Shown here piece by piece: positions 15,458 to 24,658 of a stretch of 64,000 nt of DNA. How positions within the stretch are numbered: the first letter of the stretch is position 1; every line of letters starts with the position of its first letter. Made by a program: the position numbers and the translations under genes. The notes beneath the pieces were generated by a model that was not told the origin of the DNA, ran no database searches, and worked only from the letters and a program-made list of their open reading frames with translations. This DNA is from an uncultured virus (IMG/VR IMGVR_UViG_3300034021_001069) (lineage: Duplodnaviria > Heunggongvirae > Uroviricota > Caudoviricetes), in IMG/VR virus record IMGVR_UViG_3300034021_001069; one strand, written 5' to 3'.

Positions 15458-16303
15458 TCAGAACTTAAATCCGAGACCCGTAGTAAACACGGGGGAATAG
15501 GTTCCATTAGTTGCACCATAGCTGTTGCCAGCATTGGTGGTAGGGAACTTAAGATCAGCAAAACCAACCAGAGAGTTAGTCAGACGACCTTCAATACCCA
15601 GAGCAAGCACAGCTTGACCACGATTACCAACTGCTGATTGATAGTTAGCATCGGTGTTGTTTACGAAAGGAATCTGGTAACCAGCTCCAGCATAAACATT
15701 AGCACGGCTTACGCCAGACTTAGCACGGGAAACGCTCCAATCGTAAGAAACCAGAGCACCGCCGCCAGCACCGATTTGACCAGCAGGAGAGCCTACGAAG
15801 TTAACGTAGGGGCGAACCGAAACAGCGTTTTGATTGGTAAAAGTCTTCACAGCATAACGTGCTTGAATGGTTCCACCAGACACAGTGCGTTGAGCACTAT
15901 AGCTGTTACCAGCAACACCTTGCTGATTGAGAAGAACACCAGCACCAAGATAGTTACCAACACCTTGTGCTTTTTGAGCTGCAGCAACTTCAAGAGCAGT
16001 TACACGAGCATTGGTTGCACGAAGGGCAGCAGCAATCTTAGCATCTTCTGCATTCTGAAATGCAGTAATGTGGTCAAGGCAATGATTTACGAGAGCAGCA
16101 AGCTCTGCTCGGGTTGCAGCTTGACCAGGCTTGAACGTGCCGTTGGGATAACCAACGAGACAGCCATAACGAGTATTAAGATTAACAATTGCTTGATATG
16201 CCCAGTCAGTAGGCTGAACATCAGAGGGGACTGCAGCCATAGCAGGAGCAACTACAGAAGTAGCAGCAATAGCACTGGTAGCAATAAACGAACGAATCAT
16301 CAT
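15458..16303 (-). CDS. SLH-domain outer-membrane beta-barrel protein (cyanobacterial porin-like N-terminus)
   Basis: Signal peptide, SDVQPTDWAYQA...YGCLVGYPNGTF...TRAELAA SLH motif, coiled coil, beta-strands ending GLGFKF. Confidence 0.85.
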   Translation of the reverse strand: MMIRSFIATSAIAATSVVAPAMAAVPSDVQPTDWAYQAIVNLNTRYGCLVGYPNGTFKPGQAATRAELAALVNHCLDHITAFQNAEDAKIAAALRATNARVTALEVAAAQKAQGVGNYLGAGVLLNQQGVAGNSYSAQRTVSGGTIQARYAVKTFTNQNAVSVRPYVNFVGSPAGQIGAGGGALVSYDWSVSRAKSGVSRANVYAGAGYQIPFVNNTDANYQSAVGNRGQAVLALGIEGRLTNSLVGFADLKFPTTNAGNSYGATNGTYSPVFTTGLGFKF

Positions 16304-16356
16304 AGTTTTGTATTAATAACTACAAGGGTTATTTAGTTCAAAGCAAGTGCTTTGAA

Positions 16357-16428
16357 AGCGAGGTAGGGGATTCGAACCCCTGACGTTCTGCTTGGAAGGC
16401 AGACATTCTACCACTGAATTAACCTCGC
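16357..16428 (-). tRNA. tRNA-Gly(UCC)
   Basis: TCTGC-CTTCCAA-GCAGA. Confidence 0.95.
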
Positions 16429-16450
16429 ATATGGATAATATATTATCCAA

Positions 16451-16524
16451 CGCCTTTGGCAGGACTCGAACCTGCGACCAACCGCTTAGAAGGCGGATGC
16501 TCTATTCCGCTGAGCTACAAAGGC
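16451..16524 (-). tRNA. tRNA-Arg(UCU)
   Basis: CCGC-CTTCTAA-GCGG. Promoter TTGACA-17-TAGACT at 16534-16562. Confidence 0.95.
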
Positions 16525-16565
16525 AAGAATTAGAGTCTAGACCATAAAGCTAGACTTGTCAAGGG

Positions 16566-16733
16566 CTAGGCAGCCAACTGCTGAAGTTCCTTGATGCGAT
16601 CTGCTACAGCTATAGCATCTGCATAGTTTCCATCAGAAACAAGAGAATGCAATTGATCGATCATGATCTCTACAGACTCTTCCAGAAAAGAACGGTCATC
16701 ATTGATTTCAGTAAAGAAGCTCTCAAAGTTCAT
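16566..16733 (-). CDS. small acidic early protein (55 aa)
   Basis: Manual translation MNFESFFTEINDDRSFLEES...KELQQLAA. TTGACA-17-TATACT at 16759-16787. Confidence 0.7.
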   Translation of the reverse strand: MNFESFFTEINDDRSFLEESVEIMIDQLHSLVSDGNYADAIAVADRIKELQQLAA

Positions 16734-16783
16734 TGCTGTGTCTCTCGATTACCTTAGTAGTATATAGCAGTTGGAGCGGGGTG

Positions 16784-17125
16784 TCAAGCGATCGATTGAT
16801 TAAAATTCTTAATGAACCACTCAGCATCGATAACTACTAATGGTTTTTTATTGTTTTTCTTTATAAAAAGAATAGGAGTATGATTACCTGAATTTGCACA
16901 TGCTTGAGCATATGCTTCCCAGATATTCAACTTTTCCTGATTTTTACATTCAATGCTAAATGGAAATTTATTCCTGGCATCTCTAGCCATAATTAGATCT
17001 TCTCCACCAGCGCCCATAGATCTAGATTCGATATCTTCTGGGTGGATACTTCTGTGCTCAATAAGCATATCCCTAACCCATTGTTGGAATCTTCTACCTT
17101 TGGCTTTTGCTGAACTAGGATTCAT
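16784..17125 (-). CDS. PD-(D/E)XK Holliday-junction-resolvase-like nuclease
   Basis: SAKAKGRRFQ, GEDL, SIECKNQE. Confidence 0.8.
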   Translation of the reverse strand: MNPSSAKAKGRRFQQWVRDMLIEHRSIHPEDIESRSMGAGGEDLIMARDARNKFPFSIECKNQEKLNIWEAYAQACANSGNHTPILFIKKNNKKPLVVIDAEWFIKNFNQSIA

Positions 17126-17250
17126 CAATCATCATCGTCATCATATCTTATATATTGTGGTTTTTCATCTACTAATTCTAGCTCCTTTTCAAGCTGATCT
17201 AAGAGTAGTTTCATATTTCTTATAATCAACTTCAATCTATCATTTTTCAT
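17125..17250 (-). CDS. small hypothetical protein (41 aa)
   Basis: Manual translation MKNDRLKLIIRNMKLLLDQLEKELE...DDDDD, GGAG RBS. Confidence 0.65.
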   Translation of the reverse strand: MKNDRLKLIIRNMKLLLDQLEKELELVDEKPQYIRYDDDDD

Positions 17251-17293
17251 ACGATTCTCCAAATAAAAATGGAGGGGATATCCCCTCCTGTAT

Positions 17294-17440
17294 TCACTTC
17301 ATTGCCATGGCAAGTTGAGCTTGCTTTAGTCTATTCTCCTTTTCAATTTGCTGCCTGATAATCGGCAACCAATTAGAAACAATTTCAGCTTTACGAATTT
17401 CAGTGTCGTAGCTAGCACCACGATAAGTTGCTTGTGACAT
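17294..17440 (-). CDS. DUF4278-like small protein (48 aa)
   Basis: Manual translation MSQATYRGASYDTEIRK...AQLAMAMK, YRGxxY motif, AAGGAG RBS. Confidence 0.8.
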   Translation of the reverse strand: MSQATYRGASYDTEIRKAEIVSNWLPIIRQQIEKENRLKQAQLAMAMK

Positions 17441-17471
17441 TAGGTTTCTCCTTAGTTTTTTAGGTTAAAGA

Positions 17472-17568
17472 GCGTTCCTTCAGTCGGCTTTTGCGTTCGC
17501 TATTCTCAAATAGCGAATGAACGATCCGTTCCGAGTCGGCTTACTTCCGTCCCATAGGGATGAACGAT
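17472..17568 (-). ncRNA. tandem glutamine (glnA-type) riboswitch
   Basis: Two units ATCGTTCAT-[hairpin]-ACG..AAGCCGACT..GGAACG. Confidence 0.85.
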
Positions 17569-17605
17569 AGGGACAACTTAGCATCCCTATCATATCTAGT
17601 CAACT

Positions 17606-17764
17606 CTAATTGTATCGTTTGATACTGTTTTTATTCTTTTTGTATTTCTTTTCTCTTTTATACTTTTTATTTTCAGTTTGCTGTTGATTTTTGGATTCTA
17701 TAATATCCTTTTTAACTTGTCGCAAGTATCTATAAAATGATTGAAAATCAAAGTCGGGCTTCAT
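17606..17764 (-). CDS. small basic protein (52 aa)
   Basis: ATGA-coupled to nrdB, MKPDFDFQSFYRYLRQ... Confidence 0.45.
   Translation of the reverse strand: MKPDFDFQSFYRYLRQVKKDIIESKNQQQTENKKYKREKKYKKNKNSIKRYN
17612..17625. promoter_or_regulatory. NtcA box
   Basis: tGTA-tcgtttga-TACt (GTA-N8-TAC), 17 nt upstream of a TATGAT -10. Confidence 0.6.
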
Positions 17765-18903
17765 AGTTTAAAACCAGCAAAAGTATCTTTCTTCACATCT
17801 TGTTTGATGCCACCTACAATGTAAGATTCAATTTCAGTTTCTTGTGGTGCGTTTTGTTGCCCTTTACTATTAAGCCAGTGTTCTGTCCAAGGGAGAGGAT
17901 TATTCTTCGAGGAGATATCATACTCAGGCTTTAATCCAATAGCTTTCATTCTACGATTAGCTACCCATTCTACATAGTTACCAAGTAGCTTTTCATTCAA
18001 TCCAATCATGCTTCCATCCTTAAACAGATAGCTTGCCCATTCTTTTTCTTGGTTGACTGCTTGAATAAACATATTTCTAACATTATCTCTTTCTTCTTCA
18101 GCAATCTCTTTCATCTGAGGATCATCACCATTCTCCCAATTCTTAAGAATGTTCTGGGTAAGCACTAAATGCTGACTTTCATCTCTAGCGATTAGCGAAA
18201 TAATCTTTGCAGATCCTTCCATGAGTTTAAGCTCACCAAATGCAAAGCTGCAAGCAAAGCTCACATAAAAACGAATGCCCTCAAGAATATTGACGTTTGC
18301 AACTGCTCTATACAGTTTTCTCTTTACGTCTTTGAGTGTATCAATGCTAGAGGGAACACCTTCATTGACAAACATCCATTGATTGCTTCCACCATATTCA
18401 TAGGCACAATTAATGAATTCATTATATGCAGAAGTTACACTTTCTGCCCTTGCAAGAATTTTATCATCTTGCAAGATTGTATCAAATACTTCAGTTGGGT
18501 CAGAGTAAACATTCTTAATGATATAGGTATAAGAACGTGAATGGATCATCTCCATAAATTCCCACACCTTCATAGCGCCCTCAAGTTCAGGTAGTGAGCA
18601 GTATGGGGCAAAAGCCATACTAGGCCCACGCCCCTGCACAGAATCAAGTAAAATTTGATATTTAAGATTGGAGGTAAAAATATGCTTTTGTTGATCACTA
18701 AGTTTTTGGTAATCTGCTCTATCTCTCTGTAGAGAGATTTCTTCTGGTCTCCAAAAATATCCAATTTGAGTTTGCGCAAGCTTTTCAAAAATAGGATATT
18801 TATATTCATCATATCTTTGTATACCTAAAGGAGAGCCAAAAAACATTGGCTGAATTTTGGAGTCTCCTTTTGTTGTATTGAAAACTGTCATCCCTTTAAT
18901 CAT
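17761..18903 (-). CDS. nrdB: ribonucleotide reductase class Ia beta subunit
   Basis: FWRPEE, LLDSVQG, EMIHSRSY, LEGIRFYVSF, RDESQH. Confidence 0.97.
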   Translation of the reverse strand: MIKGMTVFNTTKGDSKIQPMFFGSPLGIQRYDEYKYPIFEKLAQTQIGYFWRPEEISLQRDRADYQKLSDQQKHIFTSNLKYQILLDSVQGRGPSMAFAPYCSLPELEGAMKVWEFMEMIHSRSYTYIIKNVYSDPTEVFDTILQDDKILARAESVTSAYNEFINCAYEYGGSNQWMFVNEGVPSSIDTLKDVKRKLYRAVANVNILEGIRFYVSFACSFAFGELKLMEGSAKIISLIARDESQHLVLTQNILKNWENGDDPQMKEIAEEERDNVRNMFIQAVNQEKEWASYLFKDGSMIGLNEKLLGNYVEWVANRRMKAIGLKPEYDISSKNNPLPWTEHWLNSKGQQNAPQETEIESYIVGGIKQDVKKDTFAGFKL

Positions 18904-18914
18904 TGATTAATCTC

Positions 18915-21203
18915 CTATACTTTACAGCTATCGCAGTCATCATCTACATTCATCAATTCATCAATTAATGATTCTACTTTTGCACTCTTTTGTGGTGCAT
19001 CTTCATCTCTCTTTGCATCATATGTATTCTGATAGTATGAAGTTTTCCAACCATACTTATAAGTCATCAAGAAATCTTGAGCCATGACACTAACTGGAAC
19101 TTGATTGTCTTCATAATTTTCTGGATTATAAGACCAGTTACCTGAGATTGCCTGATCAAAGAACTTTTGCATTACAGCAACGATATTAATATAACCAGCG
19201 TTGCTAGACATATCCCACAAAAGCGTATAATTGTTCTTGAGAGTTTGATACTGGGGAACAATTTGCTTAAGTGGACCTTTCTTTGACTTCTTAACGGACA
19301 AGTAGTCTCTAGGTGGCTCGATTCCATTGGTTGCGTTTGACACAACGGAACTGCTCTCCGATGGCATCTGTGCGGACAGTGTTGAGTTCCTAAGCCCATA
19401 TTTAAGGATAGATGCCCTAAGAGATTCCCAGTCATAGTTCAATTTATGAGATACGATTTCATCTACATCTTGTTTGTATGTATCAATAGGAAGAATACCA
19501 TCAGCATACTTGGTTCTATGGAAGTAGCCACATGCACCCTTTTCTTTCGCCAATTGATTTGAAGACTTCAATAGATAATACTGAAAAGCTTCTGTCAAAT
19601 TATGAACTGATTCCCAGGCTTCTTGCTGATCATACTTATATCCATGCTTTGCAAGATAGTGAGCTAGACCAATATAGCCGATGCCCAATGAGCGACGATT
19701 AACAGTAGAGACTTCAGCAGCTTTAACTGGATACTCTTGATAATCAATAAGCGCATCCAAACCTCTAACAGCAAGATCACAAAGTTCTTCTAAGTCATCA
19801 AGATTCTTAAGCTTACCAACATTAATTGCAGAAAGAATGCACAGTGCAATCTCGCCTTCACCATCAATGTGTTGAATTGGATCTGTAGGAAGTGTAATCT
19901 CTTGACAGAGATTAGACATATTTACTTTATCCTTAAATGATGAATGCGAATTGCAGTGATCAATGTTCATAATATAAACACGACCAGTCTCAGCTCGTTC
20001 TTTAAGAAGATCTAGAATAAGTTCTTGAGCCCCGATACTTTTTCTTGGAATAGAAGTATCTCGTTCGTAAGCCACATATAGATCGTCAAATCTATCAGTG
20101 CCAAAAGCATCATACAGACCAGGAACGTCGTGTGGAGAGAATAAAGAAATTTCTTCGTTTGCAATGAATCGTTCATAGAACAACTTGCTGATTTGAATTG
20201 AATAGTCTAACTTGCGAACACGATTATCCTCAGTTCCTTTATTGTTCTTTAATACAATAATATCCTCTATTTCTTGGTGCCAGATTGGAAAGTGAACAGT
20301 AGCACTTCCACCACGAATCCCGTTTTGTGTACAACATCTGACAGTCGATTCAAACTTTTTGAGGAATGGGATAATCCCTGTATGAGCAACTTCTCCCCCT
20401 CTGATTTTACTGTTGATACCACGGATTCTGCCTGCGTTAATACCAATGCCTGCCCTCTGAGCAACATACCTACCAATAGCCATGTCACTGCTAAAGATAC
20501 TGTCGAGGGTATCATCAGAATCAATAAGAACACAACTAGCAAACTGTTTAAGTGGTGTTCTAACTCCTGCCATGATGGGAGTTGGAATGTTGATTTTGTG
20601 CTTTGAGATTGCATTGTAATATTTTCTGATGTATGTCAATCTAATATCACTAGGATAATTGCAGAATAAAGTAGCAGCAATCATAATATACATGAACTGA
20701 GGGGTCTCGTATATTTGACCACTACTCCTATCTTGCACAAGATATTTATCTGCAACTTGACGTAACCCAGCATATGTAAAGAGAAGATCTCTTTCATGAT
20801 CAATCATATCATCTAGCTGTTCGATTTCTTCTTCAGTATAGCTATCTAATACTAAACTATCATATACACCAATGTCTACAGACTTTTTAATATGTTCTAG
20901 TAGTGTAGGGCGGCGATCTGGATGTTCACCATACACAGACTTCCTAAGACCAAATAATAAAAGTCTAGCTGCCACATATTGGTAGTTTGGATTATCTAGG
21001 CTGATTAAGTCATTAGCAGATCTAACTAAGATCTCTTGAATATCACTAGTTTGAATACCATCAAAGAATTGAAGGTTGGCATTCATTTCTACTTGTGATT
21101 GCGAAACTCCTGCGAGCCCACTACATGCATGTTCTACCATAACATGTATTTTATCAAGATCTAGCTCTTCAATTGTTCCGCTTCTTTTTTGAACTTTAAT
21201 CAT
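18915..21203 (-). CDS. nrdA: ribonucleotide reductase class Ia alpha subunit
   Basis: ATP cone, PTPIM, SNLCQEI, KTSYY, C-terminal CxxC. Confidence 0.97.
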   Translation of the reverse strand: MIKVQKRSGTIEELDLDKIHVMVEHACSGLAGVSQSQVEMNANLQFFDGIQTSDIQEILVRSANDLISLDNPNYQYVAARLLLFGLRKSVYGEHPDRRPTLLEHIKKSVDIGVYDSLVLDSYTEEEIEQLDDMIDHERDLLFTYAGLRQVADKYLVQDRSSGQIYETPQFMYIMIAATLFCNYPSDIRLTYIRKYYNAISKHKINIPTPIMAGVRTPLKQFASCVLIDSDDTLDSIFSSDMAIGRYVAQRAGIGINAGRIRGINSKIRGGEVAHTGIIPFLKKFESTVRCCTQNGIRGGSATVHFPIWHQEIEDIIVLKNNKGTEDNRVRKLDYSIQISKLFYERFIANEEISLFSPHDVPGLYDAFGTDRFDDLYVAYERDTSIPRKSIGAQELILDLLKERAETGRVYIMNIDHCNSHSSFKDKVNMSNLCQEITLPTDPIQHIDGEGEIALCILSAINVGKLKNLDDLEELCDLAVRGLDALIDYQEYPVKAAEVSTVNRRSLGIGYIGLAHYLAKHGYKYDQQEAWESVHNLTEAFQYYLLKSSNQLAKEKGACGYFHRTKYADGILPIDTYKQDVDEIVSHKLNYDWESLRASILKYGLRNSTLSAQMPSESSSVVSNATNGIEPPRDYLSVKKSKKGPLKQIVPQYQTLKNNYTLLWDMSSNAGYINIVAVMQKFFDQAISGNWSYNPENYEDNQVPVSVMAQDFLMTYKYGWKTSYYQNTYDAKRDEDAPQKSAKVESLIDELMNVDDDCDSCKV

Positions 21204-22198
21204 ACTCGTCTCCAACTGTTTAACTTAACTTTTGCTTCTAATCCTGAGTAGATTGATGATTCTATCACAGTTTGAATATTATAACCAGCTATTACCATGT
21301 CATTAATATCTTTCTCTTTTATTTCGTTCGACCAAATCACAAGGGAATCCCCTCTGTCAATGCAGTCTGACATTCGATCAACAATTTGTCTGTTTCGTGG
21401 CTCGTTGTCGTATATATACACAACGTCGCTAAAATTAAAACTGTCAAGAGACACGTCAGATCCACACATTGCAAGGGAATTTCTGAGGAAAAGTGAATCA
21501 AATGGTCCTTCTGTAACATAGATTCTTTCCTCCTTGTTAATACGATTTAATCCAAATACTTTAGATGTAGCATCATCGAACATAATACTAATGTATCTAA
21601 GTTTTGCCTTGGGCTCTAAGGATCTACCTTGTATGCCAAACCAAGTTCCATCAAAGTCAATCAAAGGAATAATAATTCTTGGTCTATCATTTTGCAGATT
21701 TTCAAATGTTCCTGGCTTTTTGGTATTAACCCATCTTTTAAATCTTTCACAGTAAAATAGATTAGATAGAGATTCTTGTGGTATTTTTCTAGAAAGTAAA
21801 TATTGTTTTGCTGGATGATCATTATTTAGATCTACTATCGATACCAGATCTGCAGATTTAAATCTTTGTTTTGTATCTGTCTGTTTAAATTTTGGCGTAG
21901 GAACAACTGTTCCCTTTCCTGTCATTCCCTCTTTATATCTTTCTAGGAGGTATTCGTCATACAAATCTGGAGCGTTGTCTTTGAGAAAGTTTCCTATAGT
22001 TCTACCAACACCACAATTATGACATTTGAAAATAACATCATTTGTTTTCAGAAAAAAATATCCTCTAGCTTTGCTCTTATGCTTTTGCGAGTCGCCACAA
22101 TATGGGCACCTAAAGTTATAGAGGTTTGATTTTTTTACAGTAAATTTATCTAAACGAGAAGATACCAGCTTTACATATCTATCGTCAACTATGTTCAT
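21200..22198 (-). CDS. DNA primase gp61
   Basis: CPYCGD...CHNC zinc finger, EGPFD TOPRIM, KDIND. Confidence 0.95.
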   Translation of the reverse strand: MNIVDDRYVKLVSSRLDKFTVKKSNLYNFRCPYCGDSQKHKSKARGYFFLKTNDVIFKCHNCGVGRTIGNFLKDNAPDLYDEYLLERYKEGMTGKGTVVPTPKFKQTDTKQRFKSADLVSIVDLNNDHPAKQYLLSRKIPQESLSNLFYCERFKRWVNTKKPGTFENLQNDRPRIIIPLIDFDGTWFGIQGRSLEPKAKLRYISIMFDDATSKVFGLNRINKEERIYVTEGPFDSLFLRNSLAMCGSDVSLDSFNFSDVVYIYDNEPRNRQIVDRMSDCIDRGDSLVIWSNEIKEKDINDMVIAGYNIQTVIESSIYSGLEAKVKLNSWRRV

Positions 22199-22607
22199 GA
22201 TTTAACAAACACGCCAATTGCGTTTCACCATTTCCTCTCATCATATTCTTTTTGTGGTCTGGTGTCAATAGGTCAGCGAAAAGATTTGAAGCTGTAATGA
22301 TCACGGTCGCGGCTGTGGCTACACCAACAGCAATCCATCTAAATCTAGAAAGATCATTCACTCTATTTTCTATCTTATCTAGATCTGATCTTTGATTTTT
22401 AATTAACTCCAATAGAGCTTCATCAGCCTTCTCAGTTTGATCTAATCTGGCTTCATGTTTTGTCAAGATCATAGAAATATTTTGATTCGCTTCAGATATT
22501 TTAGATACAGCACTTTCTAATTTATAAAGCATTTCTCTAGAAAGCTCTTCATAGATATTAAGCTTTTCCTCAAGAACTGCCAATCTCTCGTCTGATCTTG
22601 GTTGCAT
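22185..22607 (-). CDS. coiled-coil protein with C-terminal TM
   Basis: RLAVLEEK heptads, WIAVGVATAATVII. Confidence 0.65.
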   Translation of the reverse strand: MQPRSDERLAVLEEKLNIYEELSREMLYKLESAVSKISEANQNISMILTKHEARLDQTEKADEALLELIKNQRSDLDKIENRVNDLSRFRWIAVGVATAATVIITASNLFADLLTPDHKKNMMRGNGETQLACLLNHEHS

Positions 22608-22611
22608 CTGA

Positions 22612-22974
22612 TTACTCCGCTTTAGGGTTTGCAATATGATGAAGTGCCGCCATTCTTTTATCATAGAAATACTTTATAACTTCATTAGGCTGCAATCTAG
22701 TAATTTTAGCAACAGTAATTGCTTCAGGTCTGTATATTTTTCTTAAAACCAATTTGATTTCAGATACACTTTTTCCATATAAAATAAATTCACTAAAATC
22801 AATTTCAATTTTAAATGGAAAGTAACCAACAGACTCTTGAATTGATTCTGATACGGGAGATTTAAACTTTCTCTTTTTCTTTTTCTGTGATGCTAGTTTA
22901 CCTGGAGGTTCATGAGCTGGAGGCAGTGCAACTTCAGAACCAGTTCCTACAGAATTAGTAATTGCACCATCCAT
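22612..22974 (-). CDS. hypothetical protein
   Basis: Tiled ORF. Confidence 0.65.
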   Translation of the reverse strand: MDGAITNSVGTGSEVALPPAHEPPGKLASQKKKKRKFKSPVSESIQESVGYFPFKIEIDFSEFILYGKSVSEIKLVLRKIYRPEAITVAKITRLQPNEVIKYFYDKRMAALHHIANPKAE

Positions 22975-23342
22975 TAAATCTTCTCCAACTGTTTTTGTGC
23001 TTCTATCTCAATTTCTATGTTTGCTAATGTTCCCAAGTCACTTGGATATCTATCTAAAAATAATAAAAATGTCTTTAATAGGCTCCAATGCTTATACTCT
23101 AACTTGTAGAGTAAAAGAGGTATTGTCGCCTCATTAAAGACATTAAATAAAATGATTAAATGATTTAGTATTAGATGAACTCTTAAAGTTCCAGAATTCA
23201 AATACTTATTAAATAATCTTTTTAGATACTTAAATCTATTAAGATCTTCCAAGAAATCATCCATAGTAACAGACTGTGGATTATCATAATGTTTAATAGC
23301 AAACATCATATAGTTGCTTTCATTCAGTTCATTAAATCTCAT
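22974..23342 (-). CDS. conserved T4-like hypothetical protein
   Basis: FAIKHYDNP...EDLNRFKYLKRL...LILNH. Confidence 0.75.
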   Translation of the reverse strand: MRFNELNESNYMMFAIKHYDNPQSVTMDDFLEDLNRFKYLKRLFNKYLNSGTLRVHLILNHLIILFNVFNEATIPLLLYKLEYKHWSLLKTFLLFLDRYPSDLGTLANIEIEIEAQKQLEKI

Positions 23343-23377
23343 ACCAGTATATTACTATTTATTTTTTGTTTTATTTA

Positions 23378-24220
23378 TCAGGTTCCAAAGGTTAGCGTTG
23401 CAGAACCATTGGAAATAACCTCTTCAGTTCCACCCTCAGATGTAACCTTTACTCTATACTTGTAACCATTAAGTGCAGTATCAGCTAGACCACTGTATGA
23501 AAGTGTAGCTGTAGCCATTCCCGAATATGTAACTCCAGAATCTAAAGATGCAGTAACATTTCTCCAGGTTGTTCCTGAAGCAGTTTGACGCTGCCACTGA
23601 TAGATAAGAGTTCCAGGAGTTCCTGTTGTTGTGGTGGTAAGTGTAAATGTTCCAGCACCACTTGAAGAAGTTGAATTGGCTGGCTGAACACTGATAGTAA
23701 CTGCAGAAGCAACGTCTGCAGCTGGATTATCAGAGTAATCTCCAGCAACTGCTGCAGTTGCTTTGACTACTGCAATACACTCTGATTTGTGTCTGGTCTT
23801 ACCAGCAGCATCTGTATATGTCTTATATACCCACCAACCAGGAGAAGTGAGACCTCTGACTCTGTTTTCGTTTAAAGCTACCTCAGTAGTATCGACAAAG
23901 ATTAGTGAACCTACATTAGTATCACCACCTTTTACTACATACTCAGCAACTGCCTTTGGAGCTGTTCTGCGAATCGCATTTGCAGCAGTTACAGTTCCAG
24001 TAGATCCAGCATATGCTTTATGAAGCTCTAAGGAAGTAGCACTTGTGACTTCTCTTACAATATACTGAACACCAGATAGAGCAAGGATGTCTCCAGGTTC
24101 AATATAATCAGCAGTTGCAGTATTAGTGAAACTTCCAGTAGTAGTTACTGTAGCATCTCCGTTAACTACAGCAACGTTTGTTGCTAAAGCTTTAGCATCG
24201 ATTTTTCCGAAAATTGCCAT
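23378..24220 (-). CDS. virion structural protein with C-terminal Ig-like domain
   Basis: Thr/Ala-rich, YQWQ...YKYRV Ig motif, TATAAATA at 24249-24256. Confidence 0.75.
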   Translation of the reverse strand: MAIFGKIDAKALATNVAVVNGDATVTTTGSFTNTATADYIEPGDILALSGVQYIVREVTSATSLELHKAYAGSTGTVTAANAIRRTAPKAVAEYVVKGGDTNVGSLIFVDTTEVALNENRVRGLTSPGWWVYKTYTDAAGKTRHKSECIAVVKATAAVAGDYSDNPAADVASAVTISVQPANSTSSSGAGTFTLTTTTTGTPGTLIYQWQRQTASGTTWRNVTASLDSGVTYSGMATATLSYSGLADTALNGYKYRVKVTSEGGTEEVISNGSATLTFGT

Positions 24221-24282
24221 GTTTCTTTTTTAAACAGTTCCTAAAAGATATTTATAAAAACAGGGAGTCAGAGACTCCCTGT

Positions 24283-24441
24283 TTACTTTACTTTGCGAAC
24301 CAAAGCTCTAAGAAAACTTCTAAGTAATTGAAATATACTATTCGACTTAATCCAAGGTATTAAAGCCAATATCTCTGATATTAGCCATAAGGTAGCAAAA
24401 ATAACTGTTACTCCATGAGCAACAACTAGACATGTTATCAC
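24283..24441 (-). CDS. small holin-like membrane protein (52 aa)
   Basis: Manual translation, GTG start overlapping upstream TGA: MITCLVVAHGVTVIFATLWLISEILALIPWIKSNSIFQLLRSFLRALVRKVK. Confidence 0.55.
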   Translation of the reverse strand: MITCLVVAHGVTVIFATLWLISEILALIPWIKSNSIFQLLRSFLRALVRKVK

Positions 24442-24611
24442 TTACAATTCTTAAGAAGAGCTGCTCTTACTGAGCTTGCAATAACATCATCGATATCATT
24501 ATCTGTAGTCTTTACATATCTATCAACAAGATCTACCACTAGTCTTTTGGTGTGGCAGGAATTTAAAAAAGCAAATAAAATTGGTCTTACTAATTCTACA
24601 ACGTTTGCCAT
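24438..24611 (-). CDS. small hypothetical protein (57 aa)
   Basis: Manual translation MANVVELVRPILFAFLNS...TDNDIDD, AAGGAG RBS. Confidence 0.7.
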   Translation of the reverse strand: MANVVELVRPILFAFLNSCHTKRLVVDLVDRYVKTTDNDIDDVIASSVRAALLKNCK

Positions 24612-24658
24612 GATTTTCTCCTTAAAGCAAATTTAACTTTGGAGGAACCCCTTTTTAT

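Noticed and set aside
15638..16336. 232-aa plus-strand ORF and similar antisense ORFs (8945.., 41981.., 42509..)
   Set aside because: Shadow frames of well-supported minus-strand genes, with no motifs or RBS.
13351..16524. CRISPR-like repeat array (recurring GGTTCGAATCC)
   Set aside because: The repeats are tRNA T-arms. There is no constant repeat-spacer period and no cas genes.
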